Shown here one piece after another: positions 47,320 to 57,131 of a DNA stretch of 64,000 nucleotides (positions are counted from its first letter, which is position 1; each line of letters begins with the position of its first letter). Source of the DNA: an uncultured Methanosarcinales archaeon (lineage in GTDB: Archaea > Nanobdellota > Nanobdellia > Woesearchaeales > GW2011-AR4); contig CAYXZV010000003.1 of NCBI GenBank assembly GCA_964469645.1, forward strand, positions 8,538-72,537, written 5' to 3'. The notes beneath the pieces were generated by a model. That model saw only the letters and a list, made by a program, of their open reading frames with translations, was not told the DNA's origin and made no database searches. The position numbers and the translations under genes were made by a program.

Positions 47320-49216
47320 TTTGCATTAATTCTTGCCTACCTGCCATAACCCAAGGATTTGGTTTATTTCCATTATGATTGCTTTTTTTCTCCATATACT
47401 TAGCTACGGCAGTTGTGATGATGATTTTCTTTTGTCCGTTCGTCAGTCCTTTCTTATGCAAGCAGTATTTCTTAACAGAACTAAGGATGTCATTTTTTTC
47501 TATGAAAGCCGTCGTAAATCTGCCTCTGACAAAGTTTTTGTTATTCAGAACAGCAAGGTGGAAAGGTATTGTTGTTTCAACTCCCTTGATAATATATTCT
47601 TTAAGGGCTCCTTTCATCCTAGCTATTGCTTCATGCCTATTAGCACCGTAGCATATAAGTAATGACAGTAACGAATCGTAATCTGGTAGCACTTTGTAGC
47701 CCTGATGACATATACTGTTGACCCTGATGCCAGGTCCTCCAGGAGGAAGATAATTATTTATAGCTCCTATAGATGGAGAAAAGTTATTTATCGGGTCTTC
47801 TGCATTAATCCTACATTCTATCGCCCATCCTTCCAATTTGATATGATCTTGATTAAATGCAAGCTTCGCACCGGAAGCTAGCTTAATCTGCTCCTTGACC
47901 AGATCGACACCAGTCACCATTTCAGTGACACCATGCTCAACCTGTATCCTCGTATTCACCTCTATGAAATAGAAGTTTTTATTCTTATCCAGCAAGAATT
48001 CCACTGTACCAGCACCTTCATATTTTGCAGCTGATACTGCCTTTACAGCAGCGTCTCCCATTTTCTCCCTTAACTCATCATTCAAGGCGGGACTCGGACT
48101 TTCTTCCACAAGCTTCTGATGCTTTCTCTGTACACTGCAATCCCTTTCCCCGAGATGGACAACCTTGCCATACTGGTCAGCTAATATCTGGAACTCTATG
48201 TGTTTTGGATTCTCAAGGTATTTTTCCATATATAGTCTTTTGTCTCCAAAGGACAATAATGCTTCTGCCTGTGCACTTTCATACGCTTTCTCCAATTCTT
48301 CTACTTCCCTTATAATCCTCATCCCTTTTCCACCGCCACCTGCAGCAGCCTTAATTATGATCGGAAATCCTAATTTGCTTGCTAACTTAAGCGCATGCTT
48401 CTTGCTTTTTAATGACTTCATTATCCCACCTATAACAGGGACTTTTGCCTTAAGCACGGTTTTCTTTGCTCTTACTTTATCTCCGAGAAGTTCTATTGTC
48501 CTTGATGAGGGTCCTATAAACTTAATTTTGTTCCTCTCACATAGCTTGGCAAACTTAACATTCTCCGCTAAAAACCCGTAACCAGGGTGTATTGCATCCG
48601 ATTTCGTTTTTTTAGCGATACTTATAATTTTGTTAATATCAAGATAACTTATAGCTGGTCCGATGTAACATGCCTTGTCTGCAAACTTTACTGCTAGAGT
48701 GTCCTTATCTGGCTTAGAATATACTAGCACAGTCTCTATGCCCAACTCGCGGCATGCCCTTATGACTCTCAAGGCAATCTCTCCACGATTGGCAATAAGA
48801 ACTCTCTTAAACTTTTTTTCCTTGGATAGTACGGTATACTCTTTCTCAGAAAAGTTTGCAACGCTAAGCCCTTTAGCAAGCATGTCAATAAACGTCTGAG
48901 AAGACTTGCTGCCAACTATTCTCTTCAGTTCAGATCGATTTATATTAGGAATCTTACCGATAACGCTGGAAGTTATAGTATCCCCGAGTTCAGCCAAATT
49001 TGTTTTTTTAAAAATCTTTTTTCTCTTGTCTACTTCCACTATATTGCTTTTTACTAGGTCTTCAACCTCATTGTAGACTAAAGGGGCTGTCTTTTTTGCG
49101 TGTTTAAACGCCTTTTTAAAGATATTATAAGAATATTCAGCAGGTGTCAAACTTTTGTTTAGGGCTGAAACTAACTTCTTCTTGATTCCAAATATGCCTT
49201 TCTTCCTTCTTGTCAT
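47312..49216 (-). CDS. accC: Biotin carboxylase (AccC/PycA-type ATP-grasp) with an uncertain N-terminal extension
   Basis: The core starts at KRVLIANRGEIALRVIRACRELGIETV and includes the ATP-grasp and C-terminal BC domains. The first ~110 aa of the track ORF are Lys-rich and unlike AccC, so the true start may be the internal Met (MLAKGL). Confidence 0.8.
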   Translation of the reverse strand: MTRRKKGIFGIKKKLVSALNKSLTPAEYSYNIFKKAFKHAKKTAPLVYNEVEDLVKSNIVEVDKRKKIFKKTNLAELGDTITSSVIGKIPNINRSELKRIVGSKSSQTFIDMLAKGLSVANFSEKEYTVLSKEKKFKRVLIANRGEIALRVIRACRELGIETVLVYSKPDKDTLAVKFADKACYIGPAISYLDINKIISIAKKTKSDAIHPGYGFLAENVKFAKLCERNKIKFIGPSSRTIELLGDKVRAKKTVLKAKVPVIGGIMKSLKSKKHALKLASKLGFPIIIKAAAGGGGKGMRIIREVEELEKAYESAQAEALLSFGDKRLYMEKYLENPKHIEFQILADQYGKVVHLGERDCSVQRKHQKLVEESPSPALNDELREKMGDAAVKAVSAAKYEGAGTVEFLLDKNKNFYFIEVNTRIQVEHGVTEMVTGVDLVKEQIKLASGAKLAFNQDHIKLEGWAIECRINAEDPINNFSPSIGAINNYLPPGGPGIRVNSICHQGYKVLPDYDSLLSLLICYGANRHEAIARMKGALKEYIIKGVETTIPFHLAVLNNKNFVRGRFTTAFIEKNDILSSVKKYCLHKKGLTNGQKKIIITTAVAKYMEKKSNHNGNKPNPWVMAGRQELMQNE

Positions 49217-49275
49217 AATCTAATGTATTGCTTTTCGTTTTATAAATATTTGCATGTATCAGAAGAAGAAAGATA

Positions 49276-52059
49276 CTACTCTTTCTCGCCAAGAGATCCA
49301 ATAACATCCCCTAACTTGTCAAAATTAGCTCCAAAAACAACCCAATCTCCCTTATTCATCGCATCAAGGATTGCATCATAATAATCATTTGCTTCTTTAA
49401 TTAAATCTTCTTCTGATTTATCCACACTTGCATCTCCTACAATTTCCACAGTCCTTGATGTTGACGATCCAAAAAGTTTTTGCAGACCTGTAGCCAGGTC
49501 TTTTTCCATAATAACTCTTTCCCCATCAGAAACAATTACTCTCTTTAATTCAGGTAGTTGTCCTTTCTCAGCCTGCAGATATAGTGGCTCTATGTAAAGC
49601 AAACTATTTTCAATAGGTATCACAAGTAGGTTTCCTCTAGTTACTCTGGAACCCTGCTGGCCCCATAAAGTGAGCTGCTGGGATATTTCAGAATCCTGAT
49701 CAATCCTTGCTTCTATCTGTAAAGGGCCATAAACCAGCTTATCCTTCGGAAATTTGAAAAGCAATAATTTGCCATAATCCTCCCCATCAGACCTTGCAGC
49801 AAACCAAGCATTCATATTGTCTTTCTTAAGGGGAGTAAATGTAGTCATCAAAACAAACTCTTCTTTTCTTTCTCCGGGTAATTTCATTATTATATAATAG
49901 GGCTCAACTTCTATCTGCTGACCAGTTCCATAAATCTCACTAGGTATCTCCCATGCATCTTCCTTGTTATAGAAGACAGTTGGATCCTCCATATGGTATG
50001 TGCTGTAGATTGAAGATTGCACTTTGAAAAGGTCTTCCGGATATCTTATGTGTTCTTTCAGAGATTCTGGAAATTCATCAAAACTCTTGAATTGTCCAGG
50101 AAATATATTTGCATACACTTTCATCAAAGGATCCTTTTCATCGATAATATAATAGGTAACATCTCCATTGTATGCATCGACAACGATCTTAACTGAATTC
50201 CTGATATAATTTATCCTTCCGAACTTTTGAGAGTAGGGGAAATTACCTGTAACAGTATAAGCATCCTGGATCCACAATAACTTGCCTTCATTGATGACTA
50301 TGTAAGGGTCATCATCAAGAAGAAGGAATGGTGTTATCTTTGATATCCTCTCCTGGATATTTCTTAGAAACATCATTCTACTCTCTGAAGTTATATCAGA
50401 CGATAAAAGGATCTTAATATCTGCAAATCTTACTGCCATGAAAAGTTTTTTGACAAAAGAGTCCAACACTACACCGCCAGCACCGTCATAGTTTATGTAT
50501 TCGTTAGTGTTTCCTTTTGGAAAATCGAATTCGTCCGTATTAGTGTTTACAAGAATAAAATCATTCTCATTTTCGCCATAATAAATCCTTGGCTGGTCTA
50601 TTTTAAGGTCATTTCCTGCAACGGTATATGATGGAGGGATGTCCTTAACAAGATAATTCGGGAGACCTTGATCAGTAACTTTGTTTACTGGACTTACAAC
50701 AACTCCAAATCCATGGCTATAGACCATATGCAGATTTACCCATGTCTTCGCATTATCAGCTATCTGGTTCTGGTCAAGTTCACGTGGAGCAAGCATGACC
50801 TGGGTATATTTTCCGTTAATACTATACCTATCTATATCAATTCCCGATAGATCATAATAAAGCCTTATCTCTTGAGTCTGCTTATATGTCTGTGTTAATG
50901 GCCTGTAATCAAGGATCCTTACGTTGTCTATAGTCTCACTTGACTTATCAATAACATTGGCATCCAGGGTCTGCTCAACATCAAAATCTCTCTCTTCGAC
51001 ATCCAGACCGTACGCAATCTTTGTAAATTTTATGTTATTCTCAAGGTAAGGCTTCTCTAAGTTGATCTCATTCGGGCTTACCTTAAGCGACTGCACAATC
51101 TGTGGTATAATTGATTGACCAACAACGACGAAAGCCACATACAAAACCAAAACAAAAATGACAAGGTGTCTTTTCCCTATCTTCTGTGATTTCGAAAAGA
51201 AAAAAATCCATATATAAAAAAGAATCGCGACAAAAATAGCAAAGACCATCAGGAACTTTACCACAGGTATAAAAATAACAACATCTGTATAGCCGGCACC
51301 TACAACTATTCCGCTCTCTGAGTACATAACAAGAAATCTCTCAAGGTAATGCCTGGCCGCAAGTAGAAGAAATATAAGCGAGAAAAGTATAGCCATATGA
51401 GTCATAGCGGATTTCTTAACCTTCGAGATTTCCTGCCAAAAATTGAATGATTTGTAGACTGTGTTAGTATTTGGATCAACCTGAGGGGTAAAAAAAGAGA
51501 TTATGATGTTATAGAGATAATATAGAAGCACAACTATTGTTGTAATTATAACAGCCGCAAATACAAACCTCCACAAAACAAGAAAGAATGGAAGAGAAAA
51601 AACATAGAAAGCCACATCTTTTCCGAGTATTGGATCCTGAAGACCAAATGGAACCTGGTTTAGGTATTGTAGGAATGTAAGCCATGCTGCTGATGCCGAG
51701 AGTCCTTGAAACAGCGACAGCAGGGCAATTATTGAGATTCCTATTTTAAAAGATATCTTGGATACTTGAAACTTGGAAGCTATCCATAAGTTTATCGCTG
51801 CAAATATGAAGAAAGACAATGCTGCTACAATAAAAAAGATTATTTTTGCAAATAAGCTTATGGTAAATATTTCTTTGAATTCTAAAGCGGAAAACCAAAG
51901 ATAATCAGTATAAAGGGCCACAATACCTGAGATTGAGAACACAAGAAGTACTACAATGAATAAGAATACATATTGCAGATAGCTTCTTATATTAGACATA
52001 CAAGCGAGTACAACCTTCATATTTTTAAAAGTTACTGAAAAAACAGCATTATTTTTCAA
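49276..52059 (-). CDS. Large polytopic membrane protein, UPF0182-like
   Basis: 927 aa. N-terminal ~300 aa has about 7 TM segments and is followed by a very large soluble region. Size and topology match the UPF0182 family (recollection; no motif check possible). Confidence 0.4.
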   Translation of the reverse strand: MKNNAVFSVTFKNMKVVLACMSNIRSYLQYVFLFIVVLLVFSISGIVALYTDYLWFSALEFKEIFTISLFAKIIFFIVAALSFFIFAAINLWIASKFQVSKISFKIGISIIALLSLFQGLSASAAWLTFLQYLNQVPFGLQDPILGKDVAFYVFSLPFFLVLWRFVFAAVIITTIVVLLYYLYNIIISFFTPQVDPNTNTVYKSFNFWQEISKVKKSAMTHMAILFSLIFLLLAARHYLERFLVMYSESGIVVGAGYTDVVIFIPVVKFLMVFAIFVAILFYIWIFFFSKSQKIGKRHLVIFVLVLYVAFVVVGQSIIPQIVQSLKVSPNEINLEKPYLENNIKFTKIAYGLDVEERDFDVEQTLDANVIDKSSETIDNVRILDYRPLTQTYKQTQEIRLYYDLSGIDIDRYSINGKYTQVMLAPRELDQNQIADNAKTWVNLHMVYSHGFGVVVSPVNKVTDQGLPNYLVKDIPPSYTVAGNDLKIDQPRIYYGENENDFILVNTNTDEFDFPKGNTNEYINYDGAGGVVLDSFVKKLFMAVRFADIKILLSSDITSESRMMFLRNIQERISKITPFLLLDDDPYIVINEGKLLWIQDAYTVTGNFPYSQKFGRINYIRNSVKIVVDAYNGDVTYYIIDEKDPLMKVYANIFPGQFKSFDEFPESLKEHIRYPEDLFKVQSSIYSTYHMEDPTVFYNKEDAWEIPSEIYGTGQQIEVEPYYIIMKLPGERKEEFVLMTTFTPLKKDNMNAWFAARSDGEDYGKLLLFKFPKDKLVYGPLQIEARIDQDSEISQQLTLWGQQGSRVTRGNLLVIPIENSLLYIEPLYLQAEKGQLPELKRVIVSDGERVIMEKDLATGLQKLFGSSTSRTVEIVGDASVDKSEEDLIKEANDYYDAILDAMNKGDWVVFGANFDKLGDVIGSLGEKE

Positions 52060-52095
52060 CGAAAGGTTTTTAAACGCCTTGGAATTAGTTTAGAC

Positions 52096-52593
52096 GTGAA
52101 TTCAATAGACAAACTTAAGGACGGGAAAGGAGAAATAGACATAAAGGGCATTAAAAAAACAATACCATATGAAAACCCTTTCTTGTTCATTGATCGTGTT
52201 TTAAAGATAGATAAAAAGAACATTGTCGCAATAAAAAGAGTGAAAGGAGATGAGAGTTTCCTCAAAGGTCATTTCAAGGATTTCCCCATAATGCCAGGAG
52301 CTTTAATTATTGAGGGTCTGGGCCAAGCAGCAACAATGCTCATCAGGTATAACATACCACATCATCAAGAAAAAGATATTTTAGCCTATAAGGTAACTGG
52401 CACTAAATTTTTCAGACCGACCTTCCCTGGCCACACTTTAAGATTTGAAGTGAAACTGCTATTGATGTTCAAGAAGATTGCCTTTGTGAAAGGAAAGGTT
52501 TTTAGGAAAGATAAATTGGTAGCAAAAGTAAATATGGCCTTAGCTATTGTCAGTAAAAAACAGTTTAGGGGAAGATACAGTAGGAAAAAGTGA
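52096..52593 (+). CDS. fabZ: 3-hydroxyacyl-thioester dehydratase, FabZ-like hotdog
   Basis: IPYENPFLFIDRVLKID...ESFLKGHFKDFPIMPGALIIEGLGQAATML matches the FabZ core (PhRyPfLLvDrV...GHFP..P.mPGvL..EalaQ). GTG start. Confidence 0.7.
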   Translation: MNSIDKLKDGKGEIDIKGIKKTIPYENPFLFIDRVLKIDKKNIVAIKRVKGDESFLKGHFKDFPIMPGALIIEGLGQAATMLIRYNIPHHQEKDILAYKVTGTKFFRPTFPGHTLRFEVKLLLMFKKIAFVKGKVFRKDKLVAKVNMALAIVSKKQFRGRYSRKK

Positions 52594-52620
52594 TTGATGT
52601 AAATTCTTAAAGGTGTAAAA

Positions 52621-53748
52621 ATGTATGTAAAAGGAGTAGGTATGACAAAATTCGCTGCCCATAGTGCAAGTAGTCAGGAGCTTTGCTACGAAGCTGTTAT
52701 GGAAGCCCTGGAAGATGCTAATATGTCTATATCTGATATAGACGAGATAATATTGTCAAAGGGAGACTCGGTAAAGGATGGGGAAAGGCAAAGGCTTTTC
52801 CCAGGAGTCTTGAGTAGCATATTGGGGGAAGAAAACATACCCATCATCAGGGTTACGGCTGCATGCAGTGGTGGTGGCAGTGCTTTCTGGGATGCGATGC
52901 ACTCAGACAAGAGGAACATACTAGTGCTCGGGATAGAAAAGTTAAGCAAAGGACTTACTAAATACACCACAGATAATTTTATGATGGCTGCCGAGAGGGT
53001 ATATGAACAACTGGAAGGCCTTAATTTTCCTGCTCAAAATGCTTTAATCGCTCAGCAATATATGATGAAATATGGCGCAACTTCAGATGATCTCGCGTTA
53101 GTAGCGTTGAAAAATCACGAAAATGCATATAACAATCCAAAAGCGAGGTTCTATGGCAAAAAAGTCACTTTGGATATGATAAAAAAGTCACCTGTTATTG
53201 CTTCTCCATTGAGATTGTTTGATTGTAGCATATCTGTAGACGGTGCTGCAGCGGCTATAATAAGTAAAGAAGAAAGTGATATCAAAATAATCGGTTCATC
53301 CCTATATGCGGGTAGATTGTCTCCTTTTGAGAGTATTGATATGACAACTTGGGATGCTGCTGTTCTTGCAGCAAAAGCTGCTTATAATGAAGCAGGAATA
53401 ACCCATGAAGATGTTGATTTTATTGAATTGCATGATGCATTTACACCAGTAGAGCTTATATCTTATGAGGATCTGGGATTTGCAAAGAAAGGTGAAGGAA
53501 GAAAACTGATTAAAAAGGGAACGACAAAAATCAATGGCGCGCTTCCTGTAAACACTTCTGGTGGATTGAAGGCTAAGGGTCATCCTGTAAGTGCAACCGG
53601 GATTTCTCAAATTTATGAGATTGTTAATCAGATGAGAAGCAAATGTGGTAAAAGGCAGATAGATAGGAACAAAATCGGGCTTGCCCACAATGTAGGAGGA
53701 GCAGGTAGTACTGCTACAGTTAATATATTCAAGAACATAGGTGGTTAA
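52621..53748 (+). CDS. Thiolase-like (archaeal acetyl-CoA acetyltransferase / SCP-x-type) protein, paralog 1
   Basis: MYVKGVGMTKF... with active-site Cys context ITAACSGGGSAF. 375 aa. Confidence 0.75.
   Translation: MYVKGVGMTKFAAHSASSQELCYEAVMEALEDANMSISDIDEIILSKGDSVKDGERQRLFPGVLSSILGEENIPIIRVTAACSGGGSAFWDAMHSDKRNILVLGIEKLSKGLTKYTTDNFMMAAERVYEQLEGLNFPAQNALIAQQYMMKYGATSDDLALVALKNHENAYNNPKARFYGKKVTLDMIKKSPVIASPLRLFDCSISVDGAAAAIISKEESDIKIIGSSLYAGRLSPFESIDMTTWDAAVLAAKAAYNEAGITHEDVDFIELHDAFTPVELISYEDLGFAKKGEGRKLIKKGTTKINGALPVNTSGGLKAKGHPVSATGISQIYEIVNQMRSKCGKRQIDRNKIGLAHNVGGAGSTATVNIFKNIGG
53001..53280 (+). repeat. Gene-conversion tract shared with the paralogous thiolase at 55627-55905
   Basis: About 280 bp at >95% nucleotide identity, including a ~145-bp perfectly identical core (CAGCAATATATGATGAAATATGGCGCAACTTCAGATGATCTCGCG...). 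The flanking gene sequence is strongly diverged. Confidence 0.7.
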
Positions 53749-55217
53749 TGATGATTACAAGATGGATTTGTGAGAAGGATAATAAAAAATGGATTTATCC
53801 AGTTAAGAAGTGCATACACTGTAAAGGTCCCATAAAAAAACAAACAAGTAGAACAGCAAAGGTCATAGGCATAACTAAGGTAAATGTTCCTTCTCCTATG
53901 CACCCAATAATACCTTACAACGTCATTCTTCTTGAGGACGAGTATGGAAACAGGATGCCAAAAAAAACAATGAAGGACTATAAAATTGGCAGCATATATT
54001 CAATTGAAGCTGCGAAAACCAATTCTGCAGTCATAATAACAAAAATAAAATATGATCTTAAAGAAGCTCTCAAAGAATCATTAAGTTTGTTGAATTCCTT
54101 TGATATCAGCAAAGAAGACAAGGTTTTGATAAAGCCCTGCATCATAGAACCTGCATATCCATACCAGGCAGTGAACACCAATCCAGAAGTATTGGATGGG
54201 ATTATAAAACTGCTAAAAGATAAGGGAGTTTCTGACATAGTCTTAGGAGAACAGGCTATGGCTGGAAACGATGTAAATGCAGCTGCAAAAAAATCAGGTA
54301 TTCTTGTCATATGCAAAAATAATGAAATCCCTTTAGTAGACATTGGAAAATCAGAATACATAGAAAAGACAGAAAATGGAATGAAGTTTAATGTTGCGAA
54401 AGAGATTATGGAGAGAAAGATCATTAATGTTCCTGTAATGAAGACAAATTCTCAAATAGGCATATCAGGTGCAATAGAAAACATGTTGAGGGTTGTTGAC
54501 CAGAAAACCCAGATGGAAATGTTTGCAGGAGACATAGAAAAAACCTTGCCTAAGCTGATAAAAGTGCTGCCTAAGTTTATAACAATAGGTGATGCTACTA
54601 TCGGTATGCAGGGCCAGGGTCCGACATTGCTGGGAGAACCGGCTTTCATGAACATGTTGTTCATAAGTAAAGATCCTGTCGCTCTTGATAGTGTGTTTTG
54701 CGAAGCAGGTATGTTTTCAAAACCCAAATACGTAAATGAAGCATCCAGTATAGGAGCTGGTAATGGAAATGTAAAAGAATTAGAGATAGTTGGTGATGAG
54801 TTGGAACCGATTAAATATCACCTAAAAGTTCCGGATAAGGAAGCAACTGCACATCCAAGAATCAAGCTTATTGATGGTAAATCAGATCCTATAACATTCA
54901 ACACCATACTAAAAACAAGTTCAAAGCTTGTCGGACTATCGGGATATGAAGTAAACATAGCTATTGGGAAATTTCTAACAGAAGATATGGTGAAAGGAAA
55001 AGAAAGGCTGATAGCGTATGGAAGCGATGCCATAAACAGGTTAAGAGAACTGAATGTAGAACCTATAGCAGAGATTCAAGAAGACATTGACAACATAGAA
55101 AAATTGATGTTGGTGAAAGGAATATTAGAAAACCCTGACAAAAAAAGCATAAATGTGAAGGATAAAGTAAAATCGAAACTCACCAGCATTGGCGCTAAGA
55201 TAAAAAACGCATTCTGA
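53748..55217 (+). CDS. DUF35 (Zn-ribbon + OB-fold, thiolase-associated) fused to a DUF362-like domain
   Basis: N-terminus CEKDNKKWIYPVKKCIHCKG (rubredoxin-like Zn ribbon) plus an OB-like segment. A ~350-aa domain follows, starting VLIKPCIIEP, reminiscent of the DUF362 VLIKPN motif. ATG overlaps the thiolase stop. Confidence 0.45.
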   Translation: MMITRWICEKDNKKWIYPVKKCIHCKGPIKKQTSRTAKVIGITKVNVPSPMHPIIPYNVILLEDEYGNRMPKKTMKDYKIGSIYSIEAAKTNSAVIITKIKYDLKEALKESLSLLNSFDISKEDKVLIKPCIIEPAYPYQAVNTNPEVLDGIIKLLKDKGVSDIVLGEQAMAGNDVNAAAKKSGILVICKNNEIPLVDIGKSEYIEKTENGMKFNVAKEIMERKIINVPVMKTNSQIGISGAIENMLRVVDQKTQMEMFAGDIEKTLPKLIKVLPKFITIGDATIGMQGQGPTLLGEPAFMNMLFISKDPVALDSVFCEAGMFSKPKYVNEASSIGAGNGNVKELEIVGDELEPIKYHLKVPDKEATAHPRIKLIDGKSDPITFNTILKTSSKLVGLSGYEVNIAIGKFLTEDMVKGKERLIAYGSDAINRLRELNVEPIAEIQEDIDNIEKLMLVKGILENPDKKSINVKDKVKSKLTSIGAKIKNAF

Positions 55218-55230
55218 CTTTTGAGGCACT

Positions 55231-56370
55231 ATGGCAGTTTATATTAAAGGTGTGGGGATGACGAAATTCGGTGTAGACAGGAAGAGTTCTTACGAGAGAG
55301 TATGTGAAGTTGTTAACGAATCACTTGAATCAGCAGATATGGAATTCAAAGATATAGATGTAATCTTTGCATCGAATTCAGAATCTGAAAGGAATGAGGA
55401 AAGGCAAAAGCACCAAGGTCCTATGCTAAGCACTTTATTCCAGAGAAAGATGCCAATACTGAATGTGCCTGCTGGCTGTGCGGGTGGGGGTGTTGCCTTA
55501 TGGAATTCCATCAATTACCTCAAATCTTCAACATGTAAAAATATTATGGTTATTGGGTATGACAGCGTAGTATCATTGACTTCAGAACTTCTTACAGATG
55601 AGATACTTATGGGTACTGAACACTTATATGAACAAACAGAAGGCCTTATTTTTCCTGCTCAAAATGCGCTTGTTGCGCAGCAATATATGATGAAATATGG
55701 CGCAACTTCAGATGATCTCGCGTTAGTAGCGTTGAAAAATCACGAAAATGCATATAACAATCCAAAAGCGAGGTTCTATGGCAAAAAAGTCACTTTGGAT
55801 ATGATAAAAAAGTCACCTGTTATCGCTTCTCCATTAAGATTGTTTGATTGTAGCATATCTGTAAATGGTGCTGCAGCGGCTATAATAAGCAAAGAAGAAA
55901 GTGATGTTAAGATAGTTGGAGCCGGGATGTGTACTTCCAGTTTGTCGCCGATGGAAAGAGAAGATATGACTTCAATGAATGCTACAATAAATGCTGCAAA
56001 GACTGCTTATGAACAAGCAGGAATAAGGCCAGAAGATCTGGATATAGCAGAACTGCATGACGCATTCACACCATTAGAGCTTCTATCCTATGACGACCTG
56101 GGTTTTTGCAGCAAAGGACAAGGCCCAGAGTTGATAAGAAGTGGAAAAACAAAGATCAATGGCGCACTTCCTGTCAATACTTCTGGTGGATTAAAGGCAA
56201 AAGGTCATCCTATCAGCCCTACAGGCCTGTCTCAGATATATGAGATTGTAAAACAGATGAAGAATGAGTGCGGAAAAAATCAGATAAGTAAACCGAAATA
56301 CGGTCTTGCACAGAATATTGGTGGTGTAGGTACAATGGTTGCAGTGCACATATTAAAGAATCTTAATTAA
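55231..56370 (+). CDS. Thiolase-like protein, paralog 2
   Basis: MAVYIKGVGMTKF...NVPAGCAGGG. 379 aa. Shares the conversion tract at 55627-55905. Confidence 0.75.
   Translation: MAVYIKGVGMTKFGVDRKSSYERVCEVVNESLESADMEFKDIDVIFASNSESERNEERQKHQGPMLSTLFQRKMPILNVPAGCAGGGVALWNSINYLKSSTCKNIMVIGYDSVVSLTSELLTDEILMGTEHLYEQTEGLIFPAQNALVAQQYMMKYGATSDDLALVALKNHENAYNNPKARFYGKKVTLDMIKKSPVIASPLRLFDCSISVNGAAAAIISKEESDVKIVGAGMCTSSLSPMEREDMTSMNATINAAKTAYEQAGIRPEDLDIAELHDAFTPLELLSYDDLGFCSKGQGPELIRSGKTKINGALPVNTSGGLKAKGHPISPTGLSQIYEIVKQMKNECGKNQISKPKYGLAQNIGGVGTMVAVHILKNLN
55627..55905 (+). repeat. Gene-conversion tract (copy 2)
   Basis: See 53001-53280. Confidence 0.7.
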
Positions 56371-57127
56371 TCTTTTTCTTTCTTAGAAATCCTTTTAGTA
56401 TCTCACTGTTTTCTTTAGTTCTTGAACATTTAATATATGACTCAGCTTCAAAATCATCCTGTAAGTCTTTAAGGTAGTCGCTATTGACTGATTTTTTTGT
56501 GAGTTCCAATGCCTTCACCGGTTTTTTTGCTATCTCTGAAACTAAATCGCCCAAAAAAGAATCTATTTTATCCTCTGCAACCAGGAAATCTACTAAACCC
56601 CACTCAAGAGCTGTTTTGCTGTCTATCACTCTTCCTGTAAAAAGCATATATTTTGCCTTTCCAAGCCCGATTAGTCTTGGTAATCTTTTTGTGCCACCAA
56701 GTGGAGCCACTGTTCCAAGAGATGTTTCAGGGTGTATAAACTTTGCAGAAGGAAGTGCTATCCTCATATCACAAGCCATTGCCAGTTCATTCCCTCCACC
56801 CACTGCATGTCCATTAATAACTGCTATGACTGCTTGAGGCAGATTTTCTATCTTAGAAAAAACACTCTGAACAAAATTCATTTGCTCTTTTGCTTTTTGT
56901 AAGCTAAGGCTACCCACTTGTTTTTCCCATGATATGTCTCCTCCTGCACAAAAAGATTTACCAGAACCTTTTATTATTATGACTTTCAAGTCGCTTTTTT
57001 TTATTTTGTCAAGAAGTTTATCCAGCTCATTAATCATGCTTAAATCAAAACAATTCAGCTTTTCGGGATTCTTGATAGTAATAGTTCCTGCATGTTCTTT
57101 GCTATCAAAGAGTATTGTACCTTTCAT
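56363..57127 (-). CDS. Enoyl-CoA hydratase/isomerase (crotonase) family
   Basis: FCAGGDISW...AVINGHAVGGGNELAMACD and catalytic Glu context GGTKRLPRLIG. 254 aa. Confidence 0.8.
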   Translation of the reverse strand: MKGTILFDSKEHAGTITIKNPEKLNCFDLSMINELDKLLDKIKKSDLKVIIIKGSGKSFCAGGDISWEKQVGSLSLQKAKEQMNFVQSVFSKIENLPQAVIAVINGHAVGGGNELAMACDMRIALPSAKFIHPETSLGTVAPLGGTKRLPRLIGLGKAKYMLFTGRVIDSKTALEWGLVDFLVAEDKIDSFLGDLVSEIAKKPVKALELTKKSVNSDYLKDLQDDFEAESYIKCSRTKENSEILKGFLRKKKIN

Positions 57128-57131
57128 TTTG

